DNA of 64,000 nucleotides from a virus (lineage: Duplodnaviria > Caudoviricetes): IMG/VR virus record IMGVR_UViG_2974508059_000001, positions 128,001 through 192,000 of that record; one strand, given 5' to 3'. The position numbers and the translations under genes were made by a program. The first letter of the stretch is position 1. Every line of letters begins with the position of its first letter. Below are positions 9,468-19,100 of this stretch, piece after piece. Below the pieces are notes generated by a model. It was not told the origin of the DNA and made no database searches. It saw only the letters and a program-made list of their open reading frames with translations.

Positions 9468-10109
9468 TTATTCTACCGACGGATTAAACTCCGCCGCGTC
9501 GAGTGAGGCGTAATCGCCCTGCTCCGCAAATGCACGGATACGGGTTTTGTACGCGGTCAACTGAACGTGCAGCTGTGCGTTACGTGCGACAATCAGAGAG
9601 TACAGCATCTCTGTGTCTTTCGCTTCCCACTCTTCCAGCGCTTGGTTATCGGCAGTCACCCAATACTCCGGCACGGTGTTCGTTTGCACGAAGCCGGCCA
9701 GGGTGGTCAGGGTCTCACCTGCGGTCTGGAACATGTGGTCTTTGTACGCAATGTCAGCCGTGACCGCTTCACCGTACGCTGCATTAGTGGCCTGAAGTTT
9801 CTTGGCCAGCAGAGTATAGCAATACGCTTTGGTCGACTGCAACTCTTTGAGGTAATCCTTCACCTGAATCCCCAACACGTCTTTGATAAACGTTTTGGTT
9901 TGGCGTAGGGTGTAGTTGGCTTCGAACTGGGTCTGCCCCTGCTCTTGCAACTGACGCAGTGCATCTTTCTCACTGAGTCCCTCTAAGAGTGCGTAGTGTA
10001 AACGCTTGGCCAGCGTGACATCGCCGTTGGGGTCAAAGAACAACCCGTTGCGGTCAATCTGGCCATCGCCGTTTTCAAACCGCGCTTTTATCTCGTCAGC
10101 ACTAAGCAT
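9468..10109 (-). CDS. DUF4376-like protein (tail-fibre-associated family)
   Basis: C-terminal FQT...LT.LA...YWVTADN...A.D...L...I......LH......K..I pattern. Confidence 0.6.
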   Translation of the reverse strand: MLSADEIKARFENGDGQIDRNGLFFDPNGDVTLAKRLHYALLEGLSEKDALRQLQEQGQTQFEANYTLRQTKTFIKDVLGIQVKDYLKELQSTKAYCYTLLAKKLQATNAAYGEAVTADIAYKDHMFQTAGETLTTLAGFVQTNTVPEYWVTADNQALEEWEAKDTEMLYSLIVARNAQLHVQLTAYKTRIRAFAEQGDYASLDAAEFNPSVE

Positions 10110-10636
10110 TCTTTCTCTCCCACGAATCCAACTTTGGTCAACATGTCATAGGACATGATTTCAAAGTCGATACGAAGATCCAGACGGTACTGCAAGTTCG
10201 GCAACGGCTGGTCATTTTCTTGGAACGCCTGCATGAACATCATGTCATCGAAGTAATGACACGCGCTCTCGGGGTTGCGCACCATCCAGACCGGGACATC
10301 CGGGAAGGACAGACACAGTGCCACCAGAGAATCACCGCCACGATCGATAGTGCCGGTACGCAGGATGTTTACCTTTGAAGCAGGGGCCGCCAGAATACGC
10401 GCTTCGAAACCCGGGTTACGCTTTTCGATTTCTGCTAACGAGTCGTGGCCGTTCTCCACGCACTGAATCGGCAGGACAACGTTAAGAGCAAAACGGTTAA
10501 TCAAACGCAGCCAGTGATCGTTGAAATCATCGGCAGGCACGATAGCGTGAATGTTAAACAGCTTATAATGCTGTAAGAACGCTTCGATTTTGCGACTATC
10601 GTACTTCGTAAAATTCTGGAGAAGCAGGCTTTTCAT
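10088..10636 (-). CDS. Hypothetical protein in radical SAM operon
   Basis: Overlaps both neighbours; no recognised motif. Confidence 0.65.
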   Translation of the reverse strand: MKSLLLQNFTKYDSRKIEAFLQHYKLFNIHAIVPADDFNDHWLRLINRFALNVVLPIQCVENGHDSLAEIEKRNPGFEARILAAPASKVNILRTGTIDRGGDSLVALCLSFPDVPVWMVRNPESACHYFDDMMFMQAFQENDQPLPNLQYRLDLRIDFEIMSYDMLTKVGFVGEKECLVLTR

Positions 10637-11993
10637 TCTTGAATTGTTCCTTGCGGTCAGTTTGTTCCACAGCCATGGTCATCTCACGGATGGCGGTGAC
10701 GTGTAAAGGCTGTTCTGCAGCTTCGCGGGTGAGTTTCTCTTCAACAGCAAAGTTGCGCTTCTGTTGGCACTGGTAACAGTTACAAACAGACTTGTCGTAC
10801 TGCGATTCGTACGACCCGAAACGTTGTTTCCACCACTGCGCCACTAAGAGCTTCGCGGTAGTCCAACCACACTGGCGACGTTCGCCGTGATACTCTTTAC
10901 GAGCGTCTTCTTCACCGTCGCCATTTTCATACGCCGCCGCCACGCACGAGGCACACAGGTGCTTCGCTGGGCAACCGATACACTGGTCAGGATACGACTT
11001 CCACTGTTCCTGAACTTCGGCCAGCAGTTTACCGCCGTCGGTGTTCACGATGGTTTGACCTTCGAGCTTACCGATGGCCTGACGGGTGGTTACCGTGGAC
11101 ATGAAGCGGTTACAACCGAAGATGTTACGGTCGAAGCCGAGACAAGTCATGTACACCGTGGTGCCGCAGTGCGGACGCAGACGTTGTGGGTCGTAGCGTA
11201 CAGAGTCATCATGGATGAGCTTCTCACGCCAGTCCGGGTTCCACAGTTGGTCAACATCCAGACCGTCCGGCAGCACGTGACCGATTTCAGAGTTCTGGTC
11301 TAAGTGCAGACCTTTCTCAATGAAATACTCCGCCACTTCGATGAACTGGTTGGCAATCTCGAGTGCCATCTGGCGCGGTAACACGTCTTCGAAAACGACG
11401 TTACCGTACAGACGACCGCCCCCGGTCACATCAATCAGCGACTTCATCCCAGCACCGTACTGCATCAGCGTTTCTTTCGTGAAGGTGGCTTTCACCCCAA
11501 TCTCACGAACACCGATTTCTTGCAGAAGCTTATAGCCGGCGACCGCTGCTTGGTAAGACCCTTGACGGGACGTGGTGAAGATACGGTACTTATCGTGGGT
11601 CTCGGGCAGACCATCGATAGAGACACCGATCGACAGGTAATCTTTCCAGCGATTCAGAATCTCCAGCGCCAGCGGTTTGTCAAACAACGTGCCGTTGGTG
11701 GAGATAGAGAACACGTAAGGCAGATTGTGCTTTTTGCACAGCTCTTCTGCGGTTTCGAAGGCCGCTTTCAGCAGCTTCGGCTGCATGAAGGGTTCGCCAC
11801 CGATGATATCGATGATGATACCGTCGATACCTTGGTTCTTCGAGAAGAAGCGATGTTTATCGCGATTAAAGCAGGCGTGAATAAAATCAACGACATCAGC
11901 GACTTTGTTATTACGCGGATACTTACGCTCGTAGCAATACTCACAGTCGAGGTTGCACGATAGGTTGGTGACTATCTGGTAGGTTGCATCCAT
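10596..11993 (-). CDS. Radical SAM/SPASM-domain peptide maturase
   Basis: CNLDCEYC (CxxxCxxC), IGGEP, STNGTL and SIDG motifs. C-terminal Cys clusters HCG..TC..GC, CIGC.....CASC, QC and CNCYQC. Confidence 0.92.
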   Translation of the reverse strand: MDATYQIVTNLSCNLDCEYCYERKYPRNNKVADVVDFIHACFNRDKHRFFSKNQGIDGIIIDIIGGEPFMQPKLLKAAFETAEELCKKHNLPYVFSISTNGTLFDKPLALEILNRWKDYLSIGVSIDGLPETHDKYRIFTTSRQGSYQAAVAGYKLLQEIGVREIGVKATFTKETLMQYGAGMKSLIDVTGGGRLYGNVVFEDVLPRQMALEIANQFIEVAEYFIEKGLHLDQNSEIGHVLPDGLDVDQLWNPDWREKLIHDDSVRYDPQRLRPHCGTTVYMTCLGFDRNIFGCNRFMSTVTTRQAIGKLEGQTIVNTDGGKLLAEVQEQWKSYPDQCIGCPAKHLCASCVAAAYENGDGEEDARKEYHGERRQCGWTTAKLLVAQWWKQRFGSYESQYDKSVCNCYQCQQKRNFAVEEKLTREAAEQPLHVTAIREMTMAVEQTDRKEQFKNEKPASPEFYEVR

Positions 11994-12005
11994 CCCTATC
12001 TCCCC

Positions 12006-12890
12006 TTATTTTTTAATTGGATTAAGCCAGTTCATGATGTAACGGTAGCCGTGCTCACCGATGGCCAGTGCAATCTTGTTGCAGCCACGGTCCACGACCA
12101 TCTCAACGTTCTCAGGAACTTGCAGGTCGCCATTCGGTTGACTGACGATAATTTCACTACAGGCATTACACGCATCTTCTTCGAAGAACTTCTCGAGCTT
12201 GATGATGGTGTCACGCTTGTTAATGCGGTTGAGCTTACGCATGTTGTCTTGCAGACGCTCAAAGCCGTACACGAAGTTTAACACGTGGTCAGGCGACAGC
12301 ACTTTCTTCATCTGGTTATCGAACAGGTAGTTCATGCCGAGGAAACCAAGATGGTGAATGGCGTCTTGCATTTTCATCATGCCTTCGTGCCAGCGCATGT
12401 CCCCGATCTTCTCACGGGTTAACACTGACCAGAGGATAACGTTGTCCAGCTGGGCGATGACTTCAAACGCTTCGGTATCACCGGAACGAGCAAAGTCCAT
12501 TAAACCACGGGCATCATCTTCGTAACCGTCGATGGAGACCACAACACGATGGAAGGTTTTCAAAAACTCGACTTGCTCTAAACGTAACTTACGTCCGTTT
12601 GTGAAAAGATAGTGCACGGCAGAAGGACGTTCTACGCGCATCATCTCGACCGACTCGACGAGTTTACGGTAAGACAGTAACGGCTCACCCCCCGTCCAGA
12701 TGATCTCTTCCACACCGGGATTCTTTTTCAGTAACTCCATCATTGCCTCTTCATGGGTTTTACGAGACACGTCCCCTTTGACCATGTGAATCTCACCCGC
12801 ACAAAACGAACAATTGAGGTTACACTTCGACGTCAATGCTACGTTAATGGTCTTTGCAGGTGAGTAAACATCTTTACTTAACGTTCTCAT
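12006..12890 (-). CDS. Radical SAM protein
   Basis: CNLNCSFC, WTGGEPLL, FTNG and VSIDG motifs; C-terminal CNAC and GC. Confidence 0.9.
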   Translation of the reverse strand: MRTLSKDVYSPAKTINVALTSKCNLNCSFCAGEIHMVKGDVSRKTHEEAMMELLKKNPGVEEIIWTGGEPLLSYRKLVESVEMMRVERPSAVHYLFTNGRKLRLEQVEFLKTFHRVVVSIDGYEDDARGLMDFARSGDTEAFEVIAQLDNVILWSVLTREKIGDMRWHEGMMKMQDAIHHLGFLGMNYLFDNQMKKVLSPDHVLNFVYGFERLQDNMRKLNRINKRDTIIKLEKFFEEDACNACSEIIVSQPNGDLQVPENVEMVVDRGCNKIALAIGEHGYRYIMNWLNPIKK

Positions 12891-13800
12891 CCGTCATTCC
12901 GTACAGGCGACGTTGGAAAGAGAACAGTGGGTCGGTGTCTCGTACATCTTCACCCGCCTTTAACAGACGTGGTGAGCGATACGCATCGTACAGTGCGTTA
13001 AGAACGGATTGACGCTCACCCATGCGGATAAGGTCGTCCAGTTCAACCGGGGACGAAATAAACGGTTCCAGCGCAGCCTGTTGTTCGTCGGTGAACTCTT
13101 TCAGCTGTGACTGGAGCAGGAAGCGAATCAGTTTGCGATCATCCGCCGTGGAGTTCGGGACAGCGCCAAACTCAGTCTGACAGAGATAGGCCATCCACGG
13201 TTTACGGATGCGGAGTGTTTGCGCATGCGGGTCTGCGATGTAGACCCACTCTTGCTTCTCTGCATCCCATGCAAACTTATAACTAAACGCGAGTAAGTCT
13301 GCCAAGCAGTCGATATTCGCGGCTTCAAGGCCAGAGAACGGGTGATACATTTCACGGTCTTTCTCCACGCTTCCAGTGCCGGCTTCCACCAGTTTGAATA
13401 AGTGGGACCAGCTTCCGCAGTAATCGCTGCTGTAGCTACGCACGCACACCGGACGCATGCCGAGTTCTTTAAAGGACTCGAACATCAGTTCCAGTGGTGC
13501 ACTATAGTTCAGTACCGAATCTGTGAAAAAATACTTGTCGTTGACAAGCTTCCCGGTAAAACCAGAACCGCCTAAGGCGAACTGAATGGATTTCACGTTC
13601 AGCTTGCCCACCGTGGTCGCATCAATCACGGTGTACTCTTTTTTCGTAAAGTTGCGACCGCGAAGCTTAGGCCATTCAAACTGGTCCATGGCAATCAGCC
13701 GCAGCTCGTCGTTGATGTGTGCGTTAACACTGTCCGGTGACGAGATGTGAATTGGGTAATTCATGCTCGTGCGGTACGCAAGATGATCGTTACTCTTCAT
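12874..13800 (-). CDS. Hypothetical protein in radical SAM operon
   Basis: 308-aa ORF coupled between the precursors and the radical SAM gene. Confidence 0.7.
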   Translation of the reverse strand: MKSNDHLAYRTSMNYPIHISSPDSVNAHINDELRLIAMDQFEWPKLRGRNFTKKEYTVIDATTVGKLNVKSIQFALGGSGFTGKLVNDKYFFTDSVLNYSAPLELMFESFKELGMRPVCVRSYSSDYCGSWSHLFKLVEAGTGSVEKDREMYHPFSGLEAANIDCLADLLAFSYKFAWDAEKQEWVYIADPHAQTLRIRKPWMAYLCQTEFGAVPNSTADDRKLIRFLLQSQLKEFTDEQQAALEPFISSPVELDDLIRMGERQSVLNALYDAYRSPRLLKAGEDVRDTDPLFSFQRRLYGMTDENVK

Positions 13801-13812
13801 TAGGTTCCCCTG

Positions 13813-14022
13813 TTAACTCGGGAAGGAGACTGATTTCGCACCGCCTGAGCTACTCCAGCTACAGGTTCCGCCGCAGTTGTACGCGCCAGCACGAATCCCA
13901 CCCAAGTTGTTGGTGTTGTTACACGTTCCACGGTTGGCGATATAATCAACCGCCTGTCCCGTGGTAATATAGCGTTCGATGCTCGCCACGCGGTTACCGA
14001 TGTCTTTCAAGCTTACTGCCAT
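13813..14022 (-). CDS. Short precursor-like paralogue (3 Cys)
   Basis: AGGAG RBS. MAVSLK leader and CGGTCSWS motif. Confidence 0.8.
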   Translation of the reverse strand: MAVSLKDIGNRVASIERYITTGQAVDYIANRGTCNNTNNLGGIRAGAYNCGGTCSWSSSGGAKSVSFPS

Positions 14023-14031
14023 AGCCTACTC

Positions 14032-14460
14032 CTACGGTCCAGAACAGCCTGCTCCACAACTCCCGCCACAGCCACTACCGCAACTTCCCGAGCACCCGCC
14101 AGAACATTTGCCTGAACAGTTACCCGAGCATGTGCCAGAACAACCGCCGGAGCAGCCGCCGCCACAGTTACCGCCACAGCTGCCACTACAACCACCGGTG
14201 CAGCTAGATGAACAGTTGCCCGAACAGGATGACGAACACCCAGACGAGCAGTTACCCGTACAGCCACCAGAACAGCCGTTACCGCACGTCCAGCTACAAG
14301 AGCCGTTACAGTGCAGTGCCGCTGGGGTGAAACCGTTGAGTAAATCAGCATTATTAGTAGTGCGTCCACCGATGTAGTTTTGCACGCCTGCTTCAGTTTT
14401 TAGTGCGGTGTTCTCAATATTGACAACACGGTCACGCACCGATTTTAATGAAATCGCCAT
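14032..14460 (-). CDS. CXXX-repeat precursor peptide (23 Cys)
   Basis: AGGAG RBS. 50-aa leader followed by 23 perfect CXXX units. Confidence 0.88.
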   Translation of the reverse strand: MAISLKSVRDRVVNIENTALKTEAGVQNYIGGRTTNNADLLNGFTPAALHCNGSCSWTCGNGCSGGCTGNCSSGCSSSCSGNCSSSCTGGCSGSCGGNCGGGCSGGCSGTCSGNCSGKCSGGCSGSCGSGCGGSCGAGCSGP

Positions 14461-14468
14461 TTCCGCTC

Positions 14469-14858
14469 CTAAGGGCTGCTACAACCAGCACTGCAGTTAC
14501 TGCTACAGGTGCCAGAGCAACCGCTAGAGCAGCTGCTGCCACATGAACCTGAACAGCCGCTTGAACAGCCACCAGAACACGAGGATGAGCAACCTCCCCC
14601 GCAACCACCAGAACACGAGCCCGAACAGTTACCTGTACACACGCCGCTACAGCTTCCTGAGCAGCTCGAGCAACCGTGACTACAACCTGACGAACACGTC
14701 CAACTGCACGACCCGTTACAACGGGCCCACGTATCAGGTTGGCCTGCCAATAGATTCGCATTGTGAACTTTGCTGTTCACCTGCCCCTCTACGGACGCGC
14801 CGGTTGCTGCTTGGACTCGGTCAAGACGGGCACTTAGTTCTTTAAGTGATATCGCCAT
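14469..14858 (-). CDS. CXXX-repeat precursor peptide (21 Cys)
   Basis: AGGGAAGG RBS. 46-aa leader followed by 21 Cys units (one CXX). Confidence 0.88.
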   Translation of the reverse strand: MAISLKELSARLDRVQAATGASVEGQVNSKVHNANLLAGQPDTWARCNGSCSWTCSSGCSHGCSSCSGSCSGVCTGNCSGSCSGGCGGGCSSSCSGGCSSGCSGSCGSSCSSGCSGTCSSNCSAGCSSP

Positions 14859-14921
14859 TACCTTCCCTTTTTAATAAGACACGGGCACTCGCCATATAGA
14901 CGAGGCCCGTGTGTAATTATA

Positions 14922-16127
14922 TTAACGTGAACCGGCATCAGCCTGTACATCGTCACGTGTGGTCAAGTTGGCGTTGACGTGCACGTTTGCCTGAACCACG
15001 CCGCCATACTGCTTGTGCAGGTACTGGGTGTGTGGATCGGCGGCAGACAGGTGGTTAGCGAGCGTCTGGTTAACACTGGCGATGTTGCCCTCGGTCGTGG
15101 TGACACGACGGGTCAGTGCGGTCAGGTCAACACGCAGCTGGTCAATCTGCTGCTGTGCGTCACCGGCTCCGGACTTGAGGTCATCAATCTGGTCTTGCAA
15201 CCCAACGGCCGTTTGCTTCAACTCATTCACGGTTTTCTGTAACGTCAATACCAGTGAATTGAGGTTGGCCACAATCAACGTCATCTTCTGGTAGTTTTGG
15301 TCTACCGTGTTCAGTTGGTCGTTGAAGGTGGTCAGCGAACTGACGATGGCATCAATGCGCCCACCCAGTGCCGTATCAGCAGCCTTAAGGTCGCCAATCT
15401 GGACGAGGGTTGCATCGATAGCTGCCTGCACGCCGGCAATCAACGCACGGATTTCGGTTGCGGTCAAACCATCAATATCGTGGATATCAAGGTTGTGCAC
15501 GTTACCCGTGGCATTGATGTGGGCATTCAGCGCGTCCAAGAAGTTATTCTTGATGTCGCCGATGATGTCTTTGATTTTCTCAAGCTGAACGGCATCGCCT
15601 GAACCAATCGCATCCAGAATACCCGAGAGCAGGGTAATGACGTATTCAAAACCAAAGATATCGCCAACGTCTTTAAACGCCGGGGCACCCGGTAGCGTAT
15701 CCGGGAAATCGATTAAGTCGGCAAAGTTCACCTTCTTATTATCAATGCCCAGAATCGCAATCGCATTTTCAATCGCAGTCACGTTCGCAGACATTGGCCC
15801 ACCGACAACCTGAGCGGTCACGATGATGTCTGTTGGAATGCTGCTGTTGGTCACTACAACTGCCATCACGACTTCTTTGTTGCCCGAGAGCTTCATGTAG
15901 GCCGGATGAGCGAAAATCAGTTCGTAGTCGGTACCACGTTTATACGGCGTGGTGGGCGAGTTCGTGGCACGCAGTTTAAAACTGTCTGCGTAAAACGGAC
16001 CTGCCGGAAAAGCAAAAGACCGGTTAACTTTACCGGAACCCAAGACCACGGGGATACTTACCGCGTTCGATGTCAGAGTTCCTTTAAGGTCAAGCGGATA
16101 CTGGAAAATAATATCACTCATCTCCAA
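14922..16127 (-). CDS. Tail-fibre-like virion protein with coiled coil
   Basis: N-terminal GPFY...GTDY domain shared with the three large upstream genes, heptad region, and HLSAADPHTQYL fibre motif. Confidence 0.7.
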   Translation of the reverse strand: MEMSDIIFQYPLDLKGTLTSNAVSIPVVLGSGKVNRSFAFPAGPFYADSFKLRATNSPTTPYKRGTDYELIFAHPAYMKLSGNKEVVMAVVVTNSSIPTDIIVTAQVVGGPMSANVTAIENAIAILGIDNKKVNFADLIDFPDTLPGAPAFKDVGDIFGFEYVITLLSGILDAIGSGDAVQLEKIKDIIGDIKNNFLDALNAHINATGNVHNLDIHDIDGLTATEIRALIAGVQAAIDATLVQIGDLKAADTALGGRIDAIVSSLTTFNDQLNTVDQNYQKMTLIVANLNSLVLTLQKTVNELKQTAVGLQDQIDDLKSGAGDAQQQIDQLRVDLTALTRRVTTTEGNIASVNQTLANHLSAADPHTQYLHKQYGGVVQANVHVNANLTTRDDVQADAGSR

Positions 16128-16165
16128 GCTCCCTTACGAGAGGGCATCCCTGCCCTCACCAGTGG

Positions 16166-19100
16166 TTAAGACGACAAATTACTCGTTGGGATTAACATAA
16201 GATTGATGGTTACCTCACCCAGCGTGACCATCTTTCCGTCAGGCCCGAAGAACTTCGAGGCGACAACGACTTCCCGGTTCGACCCATTCGCGCGCTCCAA
16301 GAACGGCGGACAGTAGCTGATTTCCGGAGCCACCACACTCACCACCCCTGTGGTGTCTGCCACCGGAACATAGACATGGGAGACGGTCTCCAACACGTTG
16401 AGGTTACCGGACTGCGTACCTTGGTCTGAGGTGAATGCCACCACCGACGTCCCACTCGAGCGGATTAACTCGCGTTGGGTTGTCCCATTCCAATCGTAGG
16501 CAATAAAAGCAATGTGGCAGATGGTCCCACCGGCGGTACCTGCCTGAATGACTTCGATCCCAACCGTGTGCTGCCCGTTAGACACCGGGAAGTCCTGGGT
16601 GGCGAGCGCGTTTGACCCTTTCGAGGTAATGCCGGATGCCACACGCACGCCATCAATGTAGACGTGACACATGTCATCCACCGCAAACTTAAGTCGCAGC
16701 GTGCCCCCGGTGGTGGTCACTTTGAACTTGGTCGCATACGTACCGTAGCCCGGAATCGTCCGTGGGTTGATGTCAATCCAGATAAGCCCCAACGCATTTG
16801 CATCCGGGTTCTCCGCTGCTGTCACGGCCACTGCACGGGCAGGAGCCCAGAACAGCTCAGGCAACACTGCCCCGGAATACCACGGCTGGGAAGCCGGGAC
16901 ATAACGGTTAATCAGCGGACGAGACAACAATGATCCCACCGCCAGTGACAGTGCGGACTGACCCACGTACCCATCACCCGAGGTCGCAATCGGTAACGGT
17001 TCCAGCAGACCGAGCGGTGACTCTGCCCGTTCACGCACCACGTTCGAGCCGTGGCTGTACGCAACCCCCTCATGCTCCTCTAACTGACGTACCGCCCCCA
17101 GACGTTTCACCGGGGTAATGTTCTCCTCGATGATACGGCTGCTGTCGGTCTTGACGTAACCCACGTAAAGCAGGTTACTGCTGTCAGGGTAACGTTCGGT
17201 ACTGACCCGGTACCGCGCCTTCGTGGTGCCTTCGTCTGGGTAGACTTCAGCGTGGAAATAGAAGGTCTGGTTTCGGTAGTCACTGAACGCCGACGAGAAG
17301 TCAATGCTGTACTGGTCGAGCACGTACTCTTTCGAGTTAATGAACAGTCGCTCTGACTCGGTCAGGTAAAGAATCCACCCTTCCGCCGTCTTCACGCCCG
17401 CCAACACCACCGGTTGCGCATTCGCCGGGGAACCAAACGGACTGGCCATGAAGTCCGCAATCGGATACGCGTCGCCTGAGGAGAACACCGGGTCCAGTTT
17501 GAAATACGAATTCACCATCGCATTCAAATCTTTCACCCACACCCACGTGTTTGGGCTGTACGTTGGTCGGTCAAGCCCCAGTGCCCCGGTGGAGCTGGTC
17601 CACTGGTTACCGGTCAGGGTCAACACCGCACGGAAGTTCAATGCACCCCCATTCCCGACTTGGGCGATACGCAGCACGGACGGCAGATAGAGCACAAACT
17701 TCTGCCCATCGTTGGACACGAGTTGCGGCTGACCAAAGCGGCGGTCTTTTCCACCAAAGCTGAAATCCAATCCGACGTTGGCGATGTTCAAGTCAAGGTC
17801 GTTCTGGAACGTCAACAGTTGGAGGGTGCTGGAGCTAAACGCGAGAATCCCGTTGGAAACCGACGGGTACATCACAAAGTAGTAATGGTCGATTTTATTC
17901 ACACCGTCTACAAAGCGTTGTGCCGTGGCCTGTCCCAAGAAGAGCTGCTGCGGTGTCCCAATCGCAAAGCCCCACAGTGCGACATACAGTTTCCCGATTT
18001 GGTCAGCGGCCATCAGTCGCTCGGATGCGTAGCCGTTCGCTGCACCCGCTGGGGCGTTAGCCAACATGATACTGCGGACTTTCGCCCACTCGGTATCGTT
18101 CAGCGTCAGTTTGTCGGCGGTAAAGTTCGGGTTCCCGGTCACGTTCTTGTACTGCACCGTTTCAGGCTTAGTAAAGAAGCACCCGTTCAGCGTGCCTTTA
18201 TCTGCCGCATTCACTTTCACCATCGCCAGCTGGGACATCGCAGCGTAGGTTGCCGTGGTGATAACACGCCGGTTGTTGGTTGGACCAAAGCCCCCGTAAC
18301 CCGGTACGTCGTAATCCGTGTCGGTTGAATACAACACCTCAACGCACAACGCATCCTTGGTACCGGTGAGCCAGATGGCTTTAGAGTCCCCACCGAAGAA
18401 CAGCGGGTAGGCCATGCCAGAGGCGTACACAGACCCACGTCCTTGGTCGAGTTTGGTGGTGTTACCCACAACCGCACCTGTCGTCACATCGGCTGACAAC
18501 GAGTCGTAATGGTCACCCCCGCCCGGAACACCCATCGTGACTATCTGCACCGGGACATCACTGTCATTACCAACCGAAAGCACAGCGACCTTGTCATCGT
18601 GGTGTGCCACAAAGGCACGCTGGTTGGCTTGGGTCCCTGTCCACTTCAGTGGGTAGTTCGTGGTCAACAAATCCACGCCGGTTTTGTACTTCGCACCGGT
18701 ATCCAGTAACTGCAGTGGGAAGATTTCCGGGTGCTCCAGTGTCACCGTCAGGGTATCGAAGTCGAGCGTGAATGTCGTGTACCAGTTCTTGAAGCTCAAT
18801 GACTCGGTTGCTTTCGCCAGCCAAATCGTTGGCGTCATTGCCACCCGTAACACTTCATCCTCTTGCCCCAACACCCGGTTACACGTTGGCCCGTGCACCA
18901 GATTGCGCCCTACCGTGAAGGTACTGAGTGCGGCTGGGCTGATGTACGCTACCCGGTCGGTCTCGGTGTTGGCGGTGTCGTACCCCCCTTCGGCACGGAG
19001 CAGTAACCACGAACCTGCCACGCCCTTCATCCCGTTCAAGGTTTCAAGGGTAAAGGCCACGTCTTGTGCGCCGATGCTATTGAGTGAAACCGACGCCAAG

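Noticed and set aside
10596-12890. Radical SAMs as nucleotide-modification (QueE-like) or anaerobic RNR-activating enzymes
   Set aside because: No que/fol/nrdD genes are in the window. The SPASM-type Cys set and adjacent Cys-rich peptides favour peptide maturation, though this is not proven.
13979-14377. Plus-strand PQLP/EQPP-repeat ORF, plus other alternate-frame ORFs over 14013-14845
   Set aside because: These are antisense or frame shadows of the CXXX genes, which have RBSs and fit the operon.
14032-14720. Possible CRISPR array or DNA tandem repeat
   Set aside because: There are no identical repeats with spacers; the 12-nt periodicity is explained by coding.
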